In this document: positions 29,818 to 39,625 of the stretch, one piece after another
How positions within the stretch are numbered: position 1 is the first letter of the stretch
Layout: each line of letters opens with the position of its first letter
Source of the DNA: Longimicrobiales bacterium
GTDB taxonomy: Bacteria; Gemmatimonadota; Gemmatimonadetes; Longimicrobiales; Gaopeijiaceae
Assembly: GCA_965249725.1 (NCBI GenBank)
Contig: OZ252251.1
Location: 416,001-480,000 of the forward strand
Direction: 5' to 3'
Length of the DNA: 64,000 nt
The notes under the pieces: model-generated
What the model was told of the DNA's origin: nothing
The model's database searches: none
What the model saw: only the letters and a program-made list of their open reading frames with translations
Translations under genes and position numbers: made by a program

Positions 29818-29891
29818 GCCTCCGCTAGTAAAGATAGCGGGGGACCGCGGGTGTTTTGCACCCCGTCGTCGGACGCGTTACCCCTGGCGCA

Positions 29892-31157
29892 TCAGGAGAA
29901 CCAAAACGCAACAGGGAGCAAGAAGGCCACGACCGCTGCCCACACGCCGTAGACGGGGAGGTAGCTTGTCACGACCCGCCGCATGTCGGTGAACCCGGCC
30001 CTGCCGCGCACCGTCAGGACGTAGGTCCAGCACATCCACGCGAGGTGCACCATGATGATCAGGTTCGCCCCGAGCACGGTCACTCGGTTCGGTGTGAACC
30101 CGAAGGAGGCCAGCCTGAAGACGATTGCGGAGAGCGCGATCACGTCGATCAGGAGTGTCACGGAGGCGAGCGCGATGTTGATGTAGTCGATCAGCCCCGT
30201 CGGCGAGTCCTTGTCGCGCTCCACGATCGAAAAGACCGTGATCCCGAGTACTACCAGGAGCAGGCCGTTGCAGGTGATCAAGAAGTCACGATCGACCAAG
30301 GGATTCTGGCCGCCTAGAAAGGCCACGATCAGATACGTGGTCGCCATGACCAGGAACAGCGGAGCGAAGACACGCGCAAGCACCGCTGCTATGCCGGTGC
30401 GGCGATTGAACACGGAGTCGTACAGGTAAGTCCCCGCGACCGGCACCGCGGCAGCACCAAGGACTCCCACGTTCTCGAAGTACAACTCCTCGATGTTTTC
30501 AGACACCAACTCGAACAAGGCGACCGTCACGCCACTGAAGACGAGTCCGCCAAGCGCTACCAGACTCGCGAGGACGACGAGCTCACCGTTGTAGCGGACG
30601 AAGAGGATCCGCTGCTCCGTCTCACGCCAGGAGTCGCCGGTGAAGACGAATCCCAAGAGGGCCCAGAACACAACAGGGAGGTGAATCAGGGCCATCACGA
30701 CCGAGTCCGTGTACTCGGGCAGAATGCTCACGTATGCAGCCGCAGCGAGCGTGAGACCAAGTCCGGCTGCAAGACCTCGACGGTCGTGGGTCCCGATCCA
30801 GAAGTAGGCGCTCAGTGATAGCATGACCAACGACGGGCCGAAACGGGGGTAGTACCAGTCTTCCAGGAGAAAGAGGGTTGGGAGCCGGACAAACGCACCG
30901 CAAATCAGTCCGACCGCGATGGCGGCCGCCAACCTCCCACGTCGGTCCGCCCCATGATCCGGTCCCTCGTCCGGCCCCTGGCCTGGCCCCCGGTCCGGTC
31001 CCTCGTATGCGAGGCGAGCTCGCCAAACGCGCAGCACCGGGGAGTCGGGTGCTACCCGGAAGGCCTCTTCGAGTGAGCTACGGAAGGACTCCGGATCCTG
31101 CCGATAGAGCGCCTCCAGCCCTTCGGGATCATCCAGAAGCTCTCGAATTCGGCTCAT
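29892..31157 (-). CDS. Multi-TM membrane protein, DUF4153-like
   Basis: DDPEGLEALYR, FVRYNGEL, NPLVDRDFL, GFTPNRVTVLG. ATGA overlap with the upstream gene. Confidence 0.7.
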   Translation of the reverse strand: MSRIRELLDDPEGLEALYRQDPESFRSSLEEAFRVAPDSPVLRVWRARLAYEGPDRGPGQGPDEGPDHGADRRGRLAAAIAVGLICGAFVRLPTLFLLEDWYYPRFGPSLVMLSLSAYFWIGTHDRRGLAAGLGLTLAAAAYVSILPEYTDSVVMALIHLPVVFWALLGFVFTGDSWRETEQRILFVRYNGELVVLASLVALGGLVFSGVTVALFELVSENIEELYFENVGVLGAAAVPVAGTYLYDSVFNRRTGIAAVLARVFAPLFLVMATTYLIVAFLGGQNPLVDRDFLITCNGLLLVVLGITVFSIVERDKDSPTGLIDYINIALASVTLLIDVIALSAIVFRLASFGFTPNRVTVLGANLIIMVHLAWMCWTYVLTVRGRAGFTDMRRVVTSYLPVYGVWAAVVAFLLPVAFWFS

Positions 31158-31621
31158 GGTCCATCCTGTCCCTCGCCCAGGCTGCGCGGTTCGTCGCCGG
31201 ACTCGAGCGCGGGCCCGGCTCTTCGGGCGAGCATCAGGGTCGCTGTGGCCGATCCGCCACCCAAGAATACGAAGATCGCCGCGTTGCCCATGGCGGTCCT
31301 GAGGGTCCAGGCGTCGGCGGCGTTGATGGCAAGAACCCCGAAGAGAAGCAGGCCGGCTCCAGCACCCAGCGCGGCGAAGAGGGGGAGCGAGAGCCTGTCG
31401 AACGAGCCGCCCCGCCTGGTCAGCGCGAGAACACCAGAGAAGGCCACACCCATCGGAAAGGCCCAGATCGAGCTTGCGACGACCAGCCGGATCATCTCTG
31501 GATCGCGCCCAAGAAGTAGCCACGGAATCACGGCAACCAGCGAAGCGACCACGCCGACCCCCACGGAGAATGTCAGTCCCATACCGAGCATCCCACGAAG
31601 AACTCTCAGCCAACGGGGCAT
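31154..31621 (-). CDS. Hypothetical 4-TM membrane protein
   Basis: GGAGG RBS before MPRWLRVLRG, four hydrophobic helices, translationally coupled to the next gene. Confidence 0.75.
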   Translation of the reverse strand: MPRWLRVLRGMLGMGLTFSVGVGVVASLVAVIPWLLLGRDPEMIRLVVASSIWAFPMGVAFSGVLALTRRGGSFDRLSLPLFAALGAGAGLLLFGVLAINAADAWTLRTAMGNAAIFVFLGGGSATATLMLARRAGPALESGDEPRSLGEGQDGP

Positions 31622-31645
31622 AAAGCGGCCTCCATATGCGGTGAC

Positions 31646-31687
31646 ACTTTGTGCTGCAAAGTACGCTGATCGACGGAGTCGTGTCAA
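31646..31687 (-). promoter_or_regulatory. Sigma70-like promoter with an overlapping palindromic operator
   Basis: TTGACA (31682-31687), 18 bp spacer, TACTTT (31658-31663). Inverted repeat ACTTTG-N5-CAAAGT at 31646-31662. Confidence 0.65.
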
Positions 31688-31815
31688 CGATGGCCCGCCG
31701 TCCTGTCGGCGAGCCCTTTGGCGCTCGCCCACACTTCAGCAGTTCGTCCTATCCGTGTCAACTAGTGCGGACATGCCGGGGCCTTCCCGCCCGCCCCGGC
31801 CATCGGACCATCGCT

Positions 31816-32607
31816 TCAAAGGCTCCAGCGACGAGCCCAGCCGAGGCCCACGAAGAAGTCTCCCGACTCGATGTCGACCCCTCCAGTCAGGTCCCACTGT
31901 GTGTCCGGGTTCGGGAGCCACGTGATTCCACCTTCCACCAGGTGCTGGTCCCCCGAGAGATCGTCCGTCGACTGCTGATCCAGCACATCGAGGTCGTCGG
32001 AGAAGAAGCCTGCGTATCCCACGAAGACGGTCATGGGACTCCCCGTGGGGAGGCTCAGGGAGGGCGTGAGGATGACAGACATCTGGTCGTCGGCATCGGC
32101 GAGCCATCCACCGAAACCGAAGTTCCCACTGAACGAGAGCGTCGATGTCAGGGGCAGGTCCGCCAAGAGGACGGCAGCGGGGACGGCCTCGTCCGCGGTG
32201 AAGGATCCCGTCGGAATGGACAGGGTGGTGAGTAAGGAGAGGCCGAGCCCGCCGGGACCGGACGAGACGAGCCGGAGCTTCCCGCCGAGGCCCTGATCCT
32301 GCAGTCCTATCTCCGACTCGCCGTCGCCACGGAGCGCGACGACGGAGTTGAGCAGTCCCTGTATCTCGATCCCCGCCCACACCCCCAGTCGCAGCACCAC
32401 CTGGCCGACGGAGTACTGATCGAGCGGGTCGATCCGCGCGTACTCGACACCCGACTCCACCTGCAACATCCCGGCTTCGAGGAGTACTGATCCACTTCCG
32501 AGACCCGGCCGGTCGGAGGCGATGGTCTGTTGGGCCGCCAGGGCATATGGCAGGCCGAGCGCCAGAAGCGACAGCCCGCCGCACATCAGTGTGAACCACC
32601 GCTTCAT
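31816..32607 (-). CDS. Putative outer-membrane 'transporter' (Phenol_MetA_deg-like beta-barrel)
   Basis: Signal peptide; IASDRPG..S..L..G.LQVESG, LSIPTGS, amphipathic C-terminus FVGLGWARRW. Confidence 0.75.
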   Translation of the reverse strand: MKRWFTLMCGGLSLLALGLPYALAAQQTIASDRPGLGSGSVLLEAGMLQVESGVEYARIDPLDQYSVGQVVLRLGVWAGIEIQGLLNSVVALRGDGESEIGLQDQGLGGKLRLVSSGPGGLGLSLLTTLSIPTGSFTADEAVPAAVLLADLPLTSTLSFSGNFGFGGWLADADDQMSVILTPSLSLPTGSPMTVFVGYAGFFSDDLDVLDQQSTDDLSGDQHLVEGGITWLPNPDTQWDLTGGVDIESGDFFVGLGWARRWSL

Positions 32608-32748
32608 CGTGATTCGCTCCTCGTCTGTACATTGCGTTGTCCGTTCGACCGCCTTGCTGGGGCCCGCGCAGTTGCCGGTAGCGTCAAGACAATTCGGCAC
32701 GTTGAGCGTCTATCCCCCGTTGTCGGGCGCGGACCGACCGACCTTCCG

Positions 32749-34182
32749 CTAGTCGGACACCAGCAGTCGAGCGAACGCCAGGTTGAGGTTGAATGCCCTA
32801 TGCTCGTTGTGGGCCATGACGGACCGTTCCCAACGGCGCGCATCGGTCACGTTTCCCAAGGCTTCTTCGACCAGCGCCATGAAAGCCATTTCCCATGGGC
32901 GCTGAAGGCCGGACTTGAGAAGCATACGTCGGGCCCCTTCCGCGTCACCTTCCACGAGCAGGGCGTATCCCATGAGTGCGAATACGAAGTCGTCGTCCGG
33001 CCCCGCGAGTGCGCCGAATGCGTCAGCGGACCTTCGCGCCGCCTCAGCGTGCCCGGCGATTCCGTGGGCGATGCTCGCTGACGCATGGTGAGCCGCTGTG
33101 GGGTCGCGATCCTTAACTACCGCTGCCAGGTGATCCTGCACCGCTGAAGCATCCCCGAAAAGGGCTTCGGCGATGGCGAGTTCCTGGTGAGCCAACGCGG
33201 CCAAATCCCGGTTGTCGTCTTCCTCGAATCTCTCGGCGGCCGCCTTGAGCGTCTCCAGGCCACGGCGAGCATCGCCTTCCATCAGATACGTGTTGGCCTT
33301 TGCCCTGAGCAGGTTGTTCACGCTTCTCGTCGACCCCACATACGGCACCCCTCGGTCCAGCGCCGCACGGGCCATGTCTCCCTCGCCCGCCAAGCTGTAG
33401 GCCTCGGCGAGCCCCGTGTACCCTCCCGGGAAGGTCGGGTCCAGCTCGAGAGCTCTCGTGTAATGGTCGATCGCGTCCTGGAACAGCCCGCTGAACTGGA
33501 ACAACTCCGCGTACGAGTCGTGTGAGTTCGGATGAAGGGGATCCAACTCCAAGTAGCGCGTCACGCTTCGCCGGGCTCCTGCGGCGTCTCCCATGCTCCA
33601 CTGGGTGTACGCGATCACGTCGGCGCTTGCGGGAAAGTCAGGATGGGCTTCGCGAACCTCGGCCAACGCCGCCAACCGCCGTGGTGACGCGGGCGTTCCC
33701 ACGCTGAGCGCGTGGTACAAAGCGACGTGCGGATCGTCCGGGACCATCGCATACGCCGCACCGTAGAGGGCGCGGGCCGCTTCGGTGTTGCCCAGGAACT
33801 CCTCTCGGATTCCGGAGGCCAGGGTCAACTCTGCTGCGGAGGCGTCCGCGAGGGTTCCCAGAGCATGGGCCATCCGGTCCAAACGTTCCGAGCGTCCAAA
33901 GCCGGGGGCATATCGGGCGTGCATGAACTCGGCCATGCCGAAGTCCGAATCCAGATCCAGCGCGGCTTCCAAGTGCCGGACCGCACGCGTCGTGAAGAAG
34001 TTCTCGATGTCGTCGAAGCCCTTCCAGAAGTGTGCTTTGGCATCGGGCGAAGCGGTGGTCACCGTAAGGACGGCTCCTTCGCCCTTCGACTGGGCGTGGG
34101 CCGCTTCGGTGGCAGGGCCTATCCAGCCCCCCACTATCATCGAGGCTACCAGGCTGGGACGGAAGGCGTGGAAACGGCTCAT
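32749..34182 (-). CDS. Secreted tetratricopeptide repeat protein
   Basis: TTASPDAK, ALDLDSDFGMA, NSHDSYAE, ALELDPTF TPR patterns. Confidence 0.85.
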   Translation of the reverse strand: MSRFHAFRPSLVASMIVGGWIGPATEAAHAQSKGEGAVLTVTTASPDAKAHFWKGFDDIENFFTTRAVRHLEAALDLDSDFGMAEFMHARYAPGFGRSERLDRMAHALGTLADASAAELTLASGIREEFLGNTEAARALYGAAYAMVPDDPHVALYHALSVGTPASPRRLAALAEVREAHPDFPASADVIAYTQWSMGDAAGARRSVTRYLELDPLHPNSHDSYAELFQFSGLFQDAIDHYTRALELDPTFPGGYTGLAEAYSLAGEGDMARAALDRGVPYVGSTRSVNNLLRAKANTYLMEGDARRGLETLKAAAERFEEDDNRDLAALAHQELAIAEALFGDASAVQDHLAAVVKDRDPTAAHHASASIAHGIAGHAEAARRSADAFGALAGPDDDFVFALMGYALLVEGDAEGARRMLLKSGLQRPWEMAFMALVEEALGNVTDARRWERSVMAHNEHRAFNLNLAFARLLVSD

Positions 34183-34282
34183 GAATGGGTCACCTTGTGA
34201 TGGCTATCCCGATCGTCCCTCCTGGGTACTCGAGATAGGTGATCAGTTGCTCACGTTAGAGCTTCCCGCTTCCCGGCGACAG

Positions 34283-34789
34283 CTACTGCGAGGTACCTCT
34301 TGGCTGCGCTTCGGGCTCCGCCGGATCTGGAGAAGTCGGCCGCGTCACGGACCACCCGACGATGCACAGCGCAGCCCACAACAGGCATCCGATGACGAGG
34401 AGTGTCCGAGGCAAGCCTGTCGGCAGGCGGGGGAAGGTGAAGCTATAGAGAGCCACAGGTATCAAGACCGCGGCCGCGAACCAAGGACCGACCTGAATGC
34501 GTCCCTCGGAGTCCCGAGCTTGTTCTGCTAGCGGACCACCCACGACGATCCCTACCAGCGCAACCACGAAAATGCCGAGCGCCGTCCCGACGATCTCGAG
34601 GGCCGAGGTGAAGCCGGGCGGCATCATGAAGACGCCAAGCGCGGTCAGAATCAGCGCGACCCAGGCAGCCTTCCACACTGCCGCACCTAGGGTAGGGTTA
34701 TTCTCAGCCATCGCAAATAGGGCCCCGAGGCGGTAGCCGTCCGCCTTGTTGAGCCTCCTCCTAACTAGTGATCGAACTGTATAACTCAT
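34283..34789 (-). CDS. Hypothetical 4-TM membrane protein (start may be 34711)
   Basis: Four hydrophobic helices; fills the gap between the TPR genes. Confidence 0.6.
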   Translation of the reverse strand: MSYTVRSLVRRRLNKADGYRLGALFAMAENNPTLGAAVWKAAWVALILTALGVFMMPPGFTSALEIVGTALGIFVVALVGIVVGGPLAEQARDSEGRIQVGPWFAAAVLIPVALYSFTFPRLPTGLPRTLLVIGCLLWAALCIVGWSVTRPTSPDPAEPEAQPRGTSQ

Positions 34790-34924
34790 ATCACATAGCT
34801 CTCCTTTTCGCGCCGCTCGACGTTCCACGATATTCTTGCCGATCAGGTCCCACCAGGCCAGAATCGGACTCTGTCAGGCCTTCGCGCCGCCGCGCGAGGA
34901 ACGCACAATCACGGAGTCTCGATC

Positions 34925-36538
34925 ATGAACCGCTTCTTCCGACCCGCCCTCAGCGTCTCTGCTGCGTTCGTACTTCTAGCCGGGCAGGACGCTCGCGCCC
35001 AACAAGTGACTCTAGTCCCGGGCCTCGGCAGCTTGTCGTTCCCCAACTCGGGGGCGCCCGCGGCTCAACAGGACTTCCTCCGCGGAGTCCTCCTCCTGCA
35101 CAGCTTCGAGTACGGGACGGCTGCCGAGGCCTTCCGGCGCGCGCAGCAGGCCGATCCGAGCTTCGCCATGGCCTATTGGGGCGAGGCGATGACCTACACT
35201 CACCCAGTCTGGAATCAGAAGGACGCGGCGGCTGCGCTGGGCGCGCTGGCCCGCCTCGCCCCGACCAGCGCGGAACGGCTGGCCAAGACTGGAACAGAGC
35301 GGGAGCAGGGCTTTCTCCAAGCCGTGGAGACACTCTACGGCCAAGGCCAGAAGGCCTCGCTGGACACCCTCTATTCAGCGGAGATGGGGGCCTTGGCCGC
35401 ACAGTACCCGAAGGACGTCGAGGTCCAGACCTTCTATGCGTTGTCGCTCCTGGGGCTTAGTCAGGGTGATCGCGATGTGCCAACCTACATGGAAGCCGGG
35501 ACCATTGCGCTGGCGGCGTTCCAGGCCAATCCGGATCATCCCGGCGGGGCCCACTACACGATCCACTCCTTCGATGACCCCACGCACGCGATCCTGGCCA
35601 TGCAAGCGGCGCGCACGTACGCCCAGATCGCGCCCGATGCGGCTCACGCCCAGCACATGACCACCCACATCTTTCTTGCCAGGGGAATGTGGGACGACGT
35701 GGTGGAGATCAATATTCAGGCCGACGCTGTGACGGATCGGGCCCGCGCGGCCAACAACCTGCCGCCCACAAACTGCGGCCACTACAACCAGTGGCTCATG
35801 TACGGCTACCAGCAGCAGGGGCGGTATGACGCCGCCGACGCTCTTCTCATGGGGTGTTTCCGGCAGGTGCACGACGAGCGCCTCCCGCTCGCCCAGCGCC
35901 GGACCGCGGCCCGCTCGTACGTGACGATGCGGAGTTCAAACCTTGCCGACACACGTCGCTGGGACGGGAAGCCCGCGTCGTCGGAGATGGATGCCTCGTC
36001 GTTGTCGGTCGGCAGTCAGTTGGCTCAGGCTTGGGGAACGGGACTGGCCGCCCTTCATCGGGGTGACCGGGCCACGGCTGAGCGGATGCACGAGGTGTTG
36101 GTGAAGGACGGTGGGTTGGACGGCGAAACCTACGCACCGGTCTGGGAAGGCACGTTGCACGCCCTCCTCCTCCAGGAAGGGGGTGACGCACCTGGAGCGC
36201 TTATCGCCGCGAAGGCGGCCGCCGACTACGAAGCTTCCCTGCCGGTGGATTTCGGGCCGCCCATCGCGTACAAACCGGCTCGGGAGCTCGAGGGTGAGCT
36301 GCTGCTCGCCAACGGCCGGGCCGAAGACGCCATGGCGGCATTCGAGATGGCCCTGGCTAGGACGCCCAATCGAATCCTTGCGCTCGCCGGATACGCGCGT
36401 GCGGCCAGTGCGGCAGGCCGGACCGGGGTGGCCCAGCGGAGTTATGCGACGCTGGCGGAACTACTTGCCCAAGCGGACGGCGACATGAAGGAGGCTCAGG
36501 AGGTCCGTCAGGGACTGTACCAGCAGGCGCGACGCTAA
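34925..36538 (+). CDS. Secreted TPR protein with conserved His motifs
   Basis: LHSFEY, AMAYWGEAM, HPGGAHYTIHSFD, HAQHMTTHIF. Confidence 0.85.
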   Translation: MNRFFRPALSVSAAFVLLAGQDARAQQVTLVPGLGSLSFPNSGAPAAQQDFLRGVLLLHSFEYGTAAEAFRRAQQADPSFAMAYWGEAMTYTHPVWNQKDAAAALGALARLAPTSAERLAKTGTEREQGFLQAVETLYGQGQKASLDTLYSAEMGALAAQYPKDVEVQTFYALSLLGLSQGDRDVPTYMEAGTIALAAFQANPDHPGGAHYTIHSFDDPTHAILAMQAARTYAQIAPDAAHAQHMTTHIFLARGMWDDVVEINIQADAVTDRARAANNLPPTNCGHYNQWLMYGYQQQGRYDAADALLMGCFRQVHDERLPLAQRRTAARSYVTMRSSNLADTRRWDGKPASSEMDASSLSVGSQLAQAWGTGLAALHRGDRATAERMHEVLVKDGGLDGETYAPVWEGTLHALLLQEGGDAPGALIAAKAAADYEASLPVDFGPPIAYKPARELEGELLLANGRAEDAMAAFEMALARTPNRILALAGYARAASAAGRTGVAQRSYATLAELLAQADGDMKEAQEVRQGLYQQARR

Positions 36539-36625
36539 CAGCCGATACCGGTGGGAATCTGGAGGTCGGCGGCCTAGGTGCCAATAGTGGGGTGCTCTAC
36601 AAATTCGACTCGAGCCCCATCCTCC

Positions 36626-36730
36626 GAGATCGCCCAGCGTCCCATAGGCCACGCCGATTCGCGCGGGATCCTCGTAGCGTCCCTCGGCGACGATGAACTC
36701 GTCGAGGAGTTGGCGAGCCTCGGCGCTTCT
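36626..36730 (-). pseudogene. Possible remnant of a TPR-protein C-terminus
   Basis: Start-less frame AEARQLLDEFIVAEGRYEDPARIGVAYGTLGDL with gene-like codon usage. Confidence 0.35.
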
Positions 36731-36736
36731 TCAGCT

Positions 36737-37738
36737 CTAGGCCCCCACCTCCACCACCTCGCCGTTCCGCCGGGCCGATTCATACAGCGCAGCGATCACC
36801 CGCATGTTGCGAGCCGCTTCCTCGGCGGGGTAGCGCAGGGGCTGGTCGTTCAGCACGCACCCCGCGAAGTGCTCCACCATCAAGCGGTACTCGTCGTCGC
36901 CCGGCACGGTGTGCTGTATCGTCTCGCCCCGGCCGCGGACCTCCTCGATGATCACGTCGCCGGTCCCGGGAAGGAAGGCCGCCGGCACGGTCAGGTACGC
37001 ATCCGTACCCCCCATGACGAGGGTCTCACGTCGCTCCATGTTCAGGGAGCAATCGAACTGCGCGAACAGGCCGTCCCCGAAACGAAGCGTGCCGACCATC
37101 TGTTCATCGACGCCGCTCGAAGACGGGACGGCTACCGCCTGCACCTCCACCGGCTCGGCGCCGGCGACCGTCCGGCTCACGTTGACGCAGTAGCAGCCCA
37201 CGTCCATCAACGAGCCTCCACCCAACTCCGGGTCGAGCCTGATGTTGTCGGGGTTCCGGAGCCGGAAGGTGAACGCGCTGGTGATCATCCTCAGCTCACC
37301 TACTGTGCCGCCCCTCACCATATCCACGACCTTCTCCGTCCGCGGATGGAAGCGGTACATGAAGGCCTCCATGAGCTTCACACCGTTGGCGTCGGCCGCG
37401 GCCTGCATCTCGGCGCACTGGGCCGCATTGAGCGCCAACGGCTTCTCGCACAGGACGTGCTTTCCCGCCTCGGCGGCCCGAATGGTCCACTCGCGGTGTA
37501 TGCTGTTCGGAAGCGGAATGTAGACGGCATCCAGCGAGTCGTCGGCCAGAAGAGCCTCGTAGCTCCCATAGTGCGTCGGGATCCCCCACTTCTCGGCGAA
37601 GTCCCGGGCCCGGGCCTCGTCGCGGCTGGCCACCGCCAAGAGCTCTCCGTTATTCGACGCCTGGATCGCGGGGTTCACCGCGGCCCGCCCGATGTTCGAG
37701 GTGCTGAGGACGCCCCAGCGCAGCTTGGTCTCCGTCAC
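36737..37738 (-). CDS. Gfo/Idh/MocA oxidoreductase
   Basis: WGVLSTSNIG, LPNSIH, CEKPL, EAFMYRFHP, GGSLMDVGCY. Confidence 0.93.
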   Translation of the reverse strand: MTETKLRWGVLSTSNIGRAAVNPAIQASNNGELLAVASRDEARARDFAEKWGIPTHYGSYEALLADDSLDAVYIPLPNSIHREWTIRAAEAGKHVLCEKPLALNAAQCAEMQAAADANGVKLMEAFMYRFHPRTEKVVDMVRGGTVGELRMITSAFTFRLRNPDNIRLDPELGGGSLMDVGCYCVNVSRTVAGAEPVEVQAVAVPSSSGVDEQMVGTLRFGDGLFAQFDCSLNMERRETLVMGGTDAYLTVPAAFLPGTGDVIIEEVRGRGETIQHTVPGDDEYRLMVEHFAGCVLNDQPLRYPAEEAARNMRVIAALYESARRNGEVVEVGA

Positions 37739-37766
37739 TGCATGCTCCCGTGTCGACGATGGTTCC

Positions 37767-38627
37767 TCACTCTGTCCTCCCTGTCGGGTCCAGCGCGTCT
37801 TGGAGCCCATCCCCGATGAAATTCACAGAGAGCACGATGAGCAGGATCGCCAGCCCGGGAAAGATGGTCAGCCAGGGCTTCGTCGCCATGGTGGCCTGGG
37901 CGTCCATGAGCATGTTGCCCCACGTGGGGATGGGCGGCTGGACGCCCAGACCCAGGAAGCTCAGTGAGGACTCGAGGATGATCGCGTTCCCCACGGCGAG
38001 GGTGGCTCCCACCACGATCGGGCCGATGGCGTTGGGCAGGATGTGGCGCCAGATGATCCTCGGGTTCGCGACCCCGATGCCGCGGGCGGCCTCCACGTAG
38101 GCCATCTCTTTGATCGTGAGGACGTCTCCGCGCACGACCCGGGCCGTGGCCATCCAACTGAGCAGTCCGATCATGAGCGCCATGGAGAATGCCGCGGCCT
38201 GCGTGTAGGAACTGAGCACGATGAGCAGCGGCAATGTCGGGATCGAGTACGCCACGTCGGTCAGCCGCATGAGCACGTTGTCCGTCCGGCCCCCGTAGAA
38301 CCCCGCCAGGGCCCCCACCAACGCCCCCAAACCGGTGCCGATGATGGCGGCCAGGAGTCCGATCAGTATGGACACCCGACCTCCGTACAGGACTCTCGTG
38401 AAGAGATCGCGGCCGAGATCGTCGGTACCCATCCAGTGCGCGGCAGAGGGCGCGGCGCGGATACTTCCGAGGTCGATGCCGTCGAACTCGTATGGGACGA
38501 ACAGCGGGGCGGCCACGCATGCGGCCGCGATGACGCCCACCACACCAAAGGACGCGACCGCCAATTTGTGCCGCTTCAGTCGCTGCCAGACCAGGCCCCG
38601 GGGGACTCGAGCGCGGGTGCCCGTCAT
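37767..38627 (-). CDS. oppC: Peptide/nickel ABC transporter permease (OppC/DppC type)
   Basis: GTDDLGRD, EAARGIG, RHILPN, LSFLGLG..WGNML. ATGA overlap. Confidence 0.9.
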   Translation of the reverse strand: MTGTRARVPRGLVWQRLKRHKLAVASFGVVGVIAAACVAAPLFVPYEFDGIDLGSIRAAPSAAHWMGTDDLGRDLFTRVLYGGRVSILIGLLAAIIGTGLGALVGALAGFYGGRTDNVLMRLTDVAYSIPTLPLLIVLSSYTQAAAFSMALMIGLLSWMATARVVRGDVLTIKEMAYVEAARGIGVANPRIIWRHILPNAIGPIVVGATLAVGNAIILESSLSFLGLGVQPPIPTWGNMLMDAQATMATKPWLTIFPGLAILLIVLSVNFIGDGLQDALDPTGRTE

Positions 38628-39577
38628 TCGTACCGGATCCGCGGATCCAGGACCGCGTACAGGACGTCGGCCACGAGGTTGAACACGATGACCATGACCG
38701 AGCCCATCATCATGATGCCCATGAGCAACGGGTAGTCCCGGGAGAACATGGCCTGCACGAACATCCGGCCGATGCCGGGCCAAGCGAAGATCGTCTCGGT
38801 GATGACGGCACCGGAGAACATGTCCGCGAGGCCGAGGGCCATGATCGACAAGACGGGGATGAGCGCGTTGCGAACACCGTGCACGCCGACCACCGCCTGC
38901 TCCGGCAGACCCTTCGCCCGGGCGGTCCGGATGAAGTCGGCCTTGAGCACTCCCAACAGGCTGGCCCGGAGGTAGCGGGACCAGCCTGCGATATTCCGGA
39001 ACGACAGCACCACGGCAGGCAGGATCAGGTGCTTGAGGTGATCGCCTAAAGACGTAGCCCCCACCGTCTCCGTTCCGGCTACGGGCAGCCACCCCAGCTG
39101 CACGGAGAACACCAACTGCAGGATCAACGCGAACCAGAAGACGGGCATGGCGATGCCGACGAACGACACGCCTGTGCTGAAGTAGTCGAACCAGCTGTAC
39201 TGCTTCACGGCGCTGAAGATGCCCAATCCGATGGCGATGACGGCCGCCAGGAGAAAGGACGAGGCCATCAGCTCCAGGGTGGCGGGTAGCCGTTCCAGGA
39301 TCATCTCGGACACGGGCCGGGTGGTGGAGAAGCTGACCCCCAGGTCCCCGACCATCGCCGCGGAGATCCAACGCACGTACTGGATGTGGATCGGCTGGTC
39401 GACGCCTAACCGTTCACGGTAGGCCTCGATCACCTCCGGATCGATGAAGCGGCCGGTTTCCAGCAGGCTGCCCTCCGGACCTCCCGGCGCCATCTGGATG
39501 ACGGCGAACAGGATGAGCGAGATCCCGAACACCAGGGGGATCATCTGAAGAAGGCGACGGCCGATGTAAGTCAGCAT
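38624..39577 (-). CDS. oppB: Peptide/nickel ABC transporter permease (OppB/DppB type)
   Basis: GDLGVS, RLPATLEL, TARAKGL, ETIFAWPGIG, DPRIRY. Confidence 0.92.
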   Translation of the reverse strand: MLTYIGRRLLQMIPLVFGISLILFAVIQMAPGGPEGSLLETGRFIDPEVIEAYRERLGVDQPIHIQYVRWISAAMVGDLGVSFSTTRPVSEMILERLPATLELMASSFLLAAVIAIGLGIFSAVKQYSWFDYFSTGVSFVGIAMPVFWFALILQLVFSVQLGWLPVAGTETVGATSLGDHLKHLILPAVVLSFRNIAGWSRYLRASLLGVLKADFIRTARAKGLPEQAVVGVHGVRNALIPVLSIMALGLADMFSGAVITETIFAWPGIGRMFVQAMFSRDYPLLMGIMMMGSVMVIVFNLVADVLYAVLDPRIRYE

Positions 39578-39625
39578 CGTCCTGGCCCGAGCCCTCGGCG
39601 CCTGCCAGACCCCGCGAGCACGCTG

